Position numbers and translations under genes: made by a program
Notes under the pieces: model-generated
Told to the model about the DNA's origin: nothing
Database searches by the model: none
Seen by the model: only the letters and a program-made list of their open reading frames with translations
Shown: positions 60,536-64,000 of the stretch, piece after piece
Position numbering within the stretch: the stretch's first letter is position 1
How the letters are laid out: each line of letters starts with the position of its first letter
Source: Fimbriimonadales bacterium
GTDB taxonomy: Bacteria > Armatimonadota > Fimbriimonadia > Fimbriimonadales > JABRVX01
Assembly: GCA_045862955.1 (NCBI GenBank)
Contig: BTVI01000007.1
Coordinates: forward strand, 36,939-100,938
Direction: 5' to 3'
DNA length: 64,000 bases

Positions 60536-60565
60536 TTATCGGAAGCGTCAGGACGTGCCTTCTAC
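60536..60565 (-). promoter_or_regulatory. Possible sigma28 (FliA) promoter
   Basis: TCCGATAA (7/8 match to GCCGATAA) at 60543-60536 upstream of flagellin; poor -35. Confidence 0.45.
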
Positions 60566-60711
60566 TGGGATTCCGAGGAACCGGCAAAGGTGCCTGGGGA
60601 ATCGCCGAGATCAGCGATTGCCTACCAACTCTCCTTGCGGGGTTATCCTACGTAAAGTGCATCGGGGCGCCTCGACGAGAGACGCCCCTCTAGCAAGCGA
60701 TCTGCCCCTGG

Positions 60712-61356
60712 TTACGCTCGTCGGCGACGGCAGGCCAGGAAGAAGACCGCCCCACCAGCTCCAACTAGCGCCGAGGGCTCGGGAACGGGAGTGAAGACCA
60801 AGCGTCCGATGCGAACGTCGATAGTCATCGCGCGCACCGTACCTTCCACCAGCCACGGGGTTCCCGCGATGGTGAAGGCTCCGCTTCCAGTCCAGTCGTT
60901 CCCCAAGGTATTGAGGTAGGTGAAGTTCACCCCGGTACCTAGGCCGAGGTCTATGTCGATCTGGGTGCCAGATACCTGAATCCACCTCAGCGGCCCCACG
61001 CTGCCGAGGTACGTCCAGCCGGCCCAGGGGACGGCTTCCCAATCGGTCAGGGTGGTAGGAATCGCAGTGTAGAAGCAGTCGGGAAGGGAGTCGTACCTGT
61101 GAGTGACGTCCTGGTTGGGTCCTGAAGCGAGAAACTCGGACTCCCAGGCCCAGCTCTCGGCGTAGGACGCGTAGCTTGCCGCCGGGCTGATGTCGAGCAC
61201 GTAGTTCAGCTCGAATGAGGCGACAGGCAGAGTCTGGTCGATGTAGCCGGCAGCATAGACGAGTGGACCGCCGAGTACCGGCACGAACGGATCTTGGGCG
61301 CGGCTGGGGCTGGCAAAGCAGAGGCAAAGCATGGCAAGAAACGCAGAGCGCTTCAT
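60712..61356 (-). CDS. PEP-CTERM sorting domain protein
   Basis: Signal peptide; C-terminus VPEPSALVGAGGAVFFLACRRRRA. Confidence 0.88.
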   Translation of the reverse strand: MKRSAFLAMLCLCFASPSRAQDPFVPVLGGPLVYAAGYIDQTLPVASFELNYVLDISPAASYASYAESWAWESEFLASGPNQDVTHRYDSLPDCFYTAIPTTLTDWEAVPWAGWTYLGSVGPLRWIQVSGTQIDIDLGLGTGVNFTYLNTLGNDWTGSGAFTIAGTPWLVEGTVRAMTIDVRIGRLVFTPVPEPSALVGAGGAVFFLACRRRRA

Positions 61357-61580
61357 AACCGCACCCCTTTCGAGACAAAGAATGCGCTCCCGTTCGGCAG
61401 GGTCCGAGGGGTCTCCTGCCGCCTGACGCACCGAACGAGCACTTTTCCCCACCGCGGGTTGCAAGCGAACTTCCGGCGGTCAGCGACGTAAAGAGGTAGA
61501 GAGTTCTTGTGCCTCCGGCCCGGCCGCTTCCTGGATCGGGTACCGTTGCCGCGCAGGCTCCTGCTGCTAGGAGGAAGAGG

Positions 61581-62429
61581 ATGCAGGTTCATACGAAGTT
61601 GTTGTGCGCCGCGGTTGCGGTTGTTGCTGTGTCGGCCGCTTGGGGCCAGACGAGCCAGTGGGACTCCAAGACAGCGTTCGGGGCCGCACAGGTGCTAGGG
61701 CGCCTTGCTCCGCTGAACCCGACCGCGCTACAGCTCGAGAAGCTGGCGTCGAAGGCAGCCCTTATCGAGCGTGCCCGACAGGAGTACGACAAGGCCTTGC
61801 AGAGCCTCTATGACCGGGAGCGCAGCCGTGCGGACGACTTCCTCAAGTACGCAGTGTCCGGATTGAAGTACACACAGCAGCAGCTGCAGCGGCTCGATGA
61901 GTGGAAAGCACGGCTCGATCAGCTTGCCGAACAGCGGGAGAACACGATCGACGAAGTCATCCGAAGCTCCGTAGACATCCTAACCAAAGCGCAGTTCGAT
62001 CAGATTGCCATTCGGCCGGAGGATCGACAGGAGGCCGTAGAATTGATGGGCCGCATCCGAGGCGTCTCCGACGAGGAGTGGCCGCGCTTCTCTCAAATGG
62101 CAGTCATGGAGTTCATGAGGGGCGAGATGCGCATGGTCCGCGGTGAGATCGAAGGCCTGCTAAGTGGCGGAGATCGAGGGCGGCAGCGGGATCAGTTCCG
62201 CGGAATGTTCGAGGGTGCCAGGGCTCGCGCGATGGAGCGCTTGGAGTACTACCGTAAGTTGCCTGACAATCAGGTCCAGGGCGCAATCGAACAGCTCGCT
62301 CGCGACCGCCTTGGTGAGGAGGGGATGAGAGAGCGAGTGGAGTCCCTGCTTCGCGAGATCCTGTTGCCCGAGGGCGCCCAGCAGGCGATCCTGACGCTGC
62401 AGAAGGCCAAAGCCGCATCCGGCGGCTAG
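61581..62429 (+). CDS. Secreted helical hypothetical protein
   Basis: AGGAGG RBS, signal peptide (AWG|Q), coiled-coil-like body. Confidence 0.75.
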   Translation: MQVHTKLLCAAVAVVAVSAAWGQTSQWDSKTAFGAAQVLGRLAPLNPTALQLEKLASKAALIERARQEYDKALQSLYDRERSRADDFLKYAVSGLKYTQQQLQRLDEWKARLDQLAEQRENTIDEVIRSSVDILTKAQFDQIAIRPEDRQEAVELMGRIRGVSDEEWPRFSQMAVMEFMRGEMRMVRGEIEGLLSGGDRGRQRDQFRGMFEGARARAMERLEYYRKLPDNQVQGAIEQLARDRLGEEGMRERVESLLREILLPEGAQQAILTLQKAKAASGG

Positions 62430-62480
62430 GTCACCTTCCGCGGCCATAGCGTCTATCATCCCGTACCGGGGGCCGATCTC

Positions 62481-62602
62481 GGACTGCGCGAGCCTGCTCG
62501 CGCTTTCCAGAAGTAACACACAGCTGGTTAGACCATCCGGCCCCTCGGGCTGCGACCTCCTCGCCACGGGCGAGCCTAAGCGCGAGAAGGCTCGCGCAGT
62601 CC
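62481..62602. repeat. Inverted doublet of a fourth palindrome family (GGACTGCGCGAGCCTGCTCGCGCTT)
   Basis: Forward copy at 62481-62505 and reverse copy at 62578-62602 with one mismatch; each copy has an internal GCGCGAG hairpin. Confidence 0.7.
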
Positions 62603-62682
62603 CACAACGCCTCGCACGTCGGCTGCCCGGCAGGGACCATTGGGTGCCCGGCGAAGCCTAACTCCCTGAGATACACACTGAG

Positions 62683-63738
62683 GTGAGCGGAGTGAACGTG
62701 GAGCTGCTGCGGACGCTGGTTGAGGGGCGAGGCATCCCGGGTAGGGAAGAGGCCATTCGGGACATCGTGCGCCGAGAGATGGAGCCCTTGGTGGATGAGG
62801 TCACCACTGATACGATGGGCAACGTCGTGTGCGAGAAGAAGGGGAATGGCAAGAAGCGCCTGATGATTGCCGCGCACATGGACGAAATCGGCTTCATCGT
62901 GAAGTTCGTGGACGACAAAGGCTTCGTGCGGCTGCAGCCCCTCGGTGGCTTCGACCCTAGGCAGCTCTTTGCTCAGCGCGTGGTGGTGACGACCTCGAAC
63001 GGAGAGGCGCTGCCCGGAGTGCTCGCCTACGGTTCCAAGCCTGTGCACATGCTGACCGATGCCGAGAAGGCCCAGGCTCCGCAGCTCGACACCTTCTTCG
63101 TGGACCTCGGCCTTTCAGCGGACTCGGTGAAGGAGAAGGTGCGTGTAGGCGACATGGTGACCATGGACCGCAAGATGGAGCGGTGTGGCGACTGCTTCAC
63201 CTGCAAGTGCATGGACGACCGCGTCGGCGTGTACGTAATGATCGAGGCGGTGCGCGCCCTGAAGAAGCACGAGGTGGACGTGTACGCAGTCGCGACCGTG
63301 CAGGAGGAGGTGGGACTGCGCGGAGCGGAGACAGCCGCGTACCACATCCAACCCGACATCGGTGTGGCACTGGACGTGACCATCGCCAATGATTTCCCCG
63401 GGCCGCCCGAGCAGGATGCGGTGACGAAGCTCGGCGCCGGCGCCGCCATCAAGATCATGGACGGCTCGCTGATCTGCAACCCGAAGCTGGTGGAGCACTT
63501 CCGTCGTATCGCGGAGAAGAAGCGCATCCCGCACCAGATGGAGGTGCTGCCGCGGGGAGGCACGGACGCGGGGGCGATCCAGCGGTCACGGGCGGGCACG
63601 GCCAGCATCACGCTCTCGGTTCCGACGCGCTACATCCACACCGTGAACGAGATGGTGCACGCGTCGGACGTGCAGGCGGCCGTCGATCTCCTCTTGGCCT
63701 ACATCTCCGACGCGCACACGGGGGATTACACGTTATAG
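62683..63738 (+). CDS. M42 family metallopeptidase (TET aminopeptidase/endoglucanase-like)
   Basis: AAHMDEIG, DDRVG, TVQEEVGLRGA, DVT, GGTDAG, RYIH. Confidence 0.93.
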   Translation: MSGVNVELLRTLVEGRGIPGREEAIRDIVRREMEPLVDEVTTDTMGNVVCEKKGNGKKRLMIAAHMDEIGFIVKFVDDKGFVRLQPLGGFDPRQLFAQRVVVTTSNGEALPGVLAYGSKPVHMLTDAEKAQAPQLDTFFVDLGLSADSVKEKVRVGDMVTMDRKMERCGDCFTCKCMDDRVGVYVMIEAVRALKKHEVDVYAVATVQEEVGLRGAETAAYHIQPDIGVALDVTIANDFPGPPEQDAVTKLGAGAAIKIMDGSLICNPKLVEHFRRIAEKKRIPHQMEVLPRGGTDAGAIQRSRAGTASITLSVPTRYIHTVNEMVHASDVQAAVDLLLAYISDAHTGDYTL

Positions 63739-63917
63739 GTGGAGCCCCCCTCTGTGGTTTCTGAAGTGCGACTTAACAGCACCGGAAACGTTTCTGCGGT
63801 CGGTCAGGATCAGCAGGTCACGCTGGGGGATCAACGCTCCACCGGTTCTTCCGAAGCTCGGATGCGTTCCGCGGCCGCCCGACGCGACCACGAATAAAAC
63901 TCCCAGCGAGCCAACTC

Positions 63918-64000
63918 CTACCTGTCGTAGAAGATGACCCCGTCCCACGGGTTCTCGTAATCGCGGGCAGCCTCTGCTTCTTCTCTGGATCGCATGGAGA
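63918..64000 (-). CDS. Possible 3' end of a gene entering from beyond the window
   Basis: Open frame ...SMRSREEAEAARDYENPWDGVIFYDR-stop; too short to identify. Confidence 0.3.
   Translation of the reverse strand, partial: SMRSREEAEAARDYENPWDGVIFYDR

Overview
GC-rich bacterial DNA. Several features point to Armatimonadota (inference, not a database result): dockerin-like C-terminal tails, a prepilin-type protein, PEP-CTERM and Terrabacteria-like housekeeping synteny. Accessory content includes a tandem array of four secreted Kelch-like beta-propeller paralogs (one cut by the window edge). Three of these and two S8 proteases share one C-terminal beta-sandwich plus double Ca-loop (dockerin-like) module ending F-x-K-x-[GAS]-D-[NDP]-stop. 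Also present are a sugar catabolic cluster, a promoter-driven cassette (CxxC membrane protein, prepilin-like protein, 12-Cys secreted protein), an MtaC/MtaB/UroD-family corrinoid methyltransferase operon and a folK-pilC-DnaJ/TPR-pilB operon. Housekeeping blocks are rpsO-pnp-M16-dapB-asd-dapA-acuC-radA, obgE-nadD-rsfS-TPR-coaD, yceD-rpmF-plsX-fabH and flagellin. Intergenic regions hold about 28 copies of a 27-bp palindrome, arranged as fixed-length inverted doublets and tandem arrays, plus three other palindrome families. No CRISPR array, rRNA, tRNA or transposase was recognised. Several start codons were moved downstream of the ORF track based on RBS and overlap evidence.
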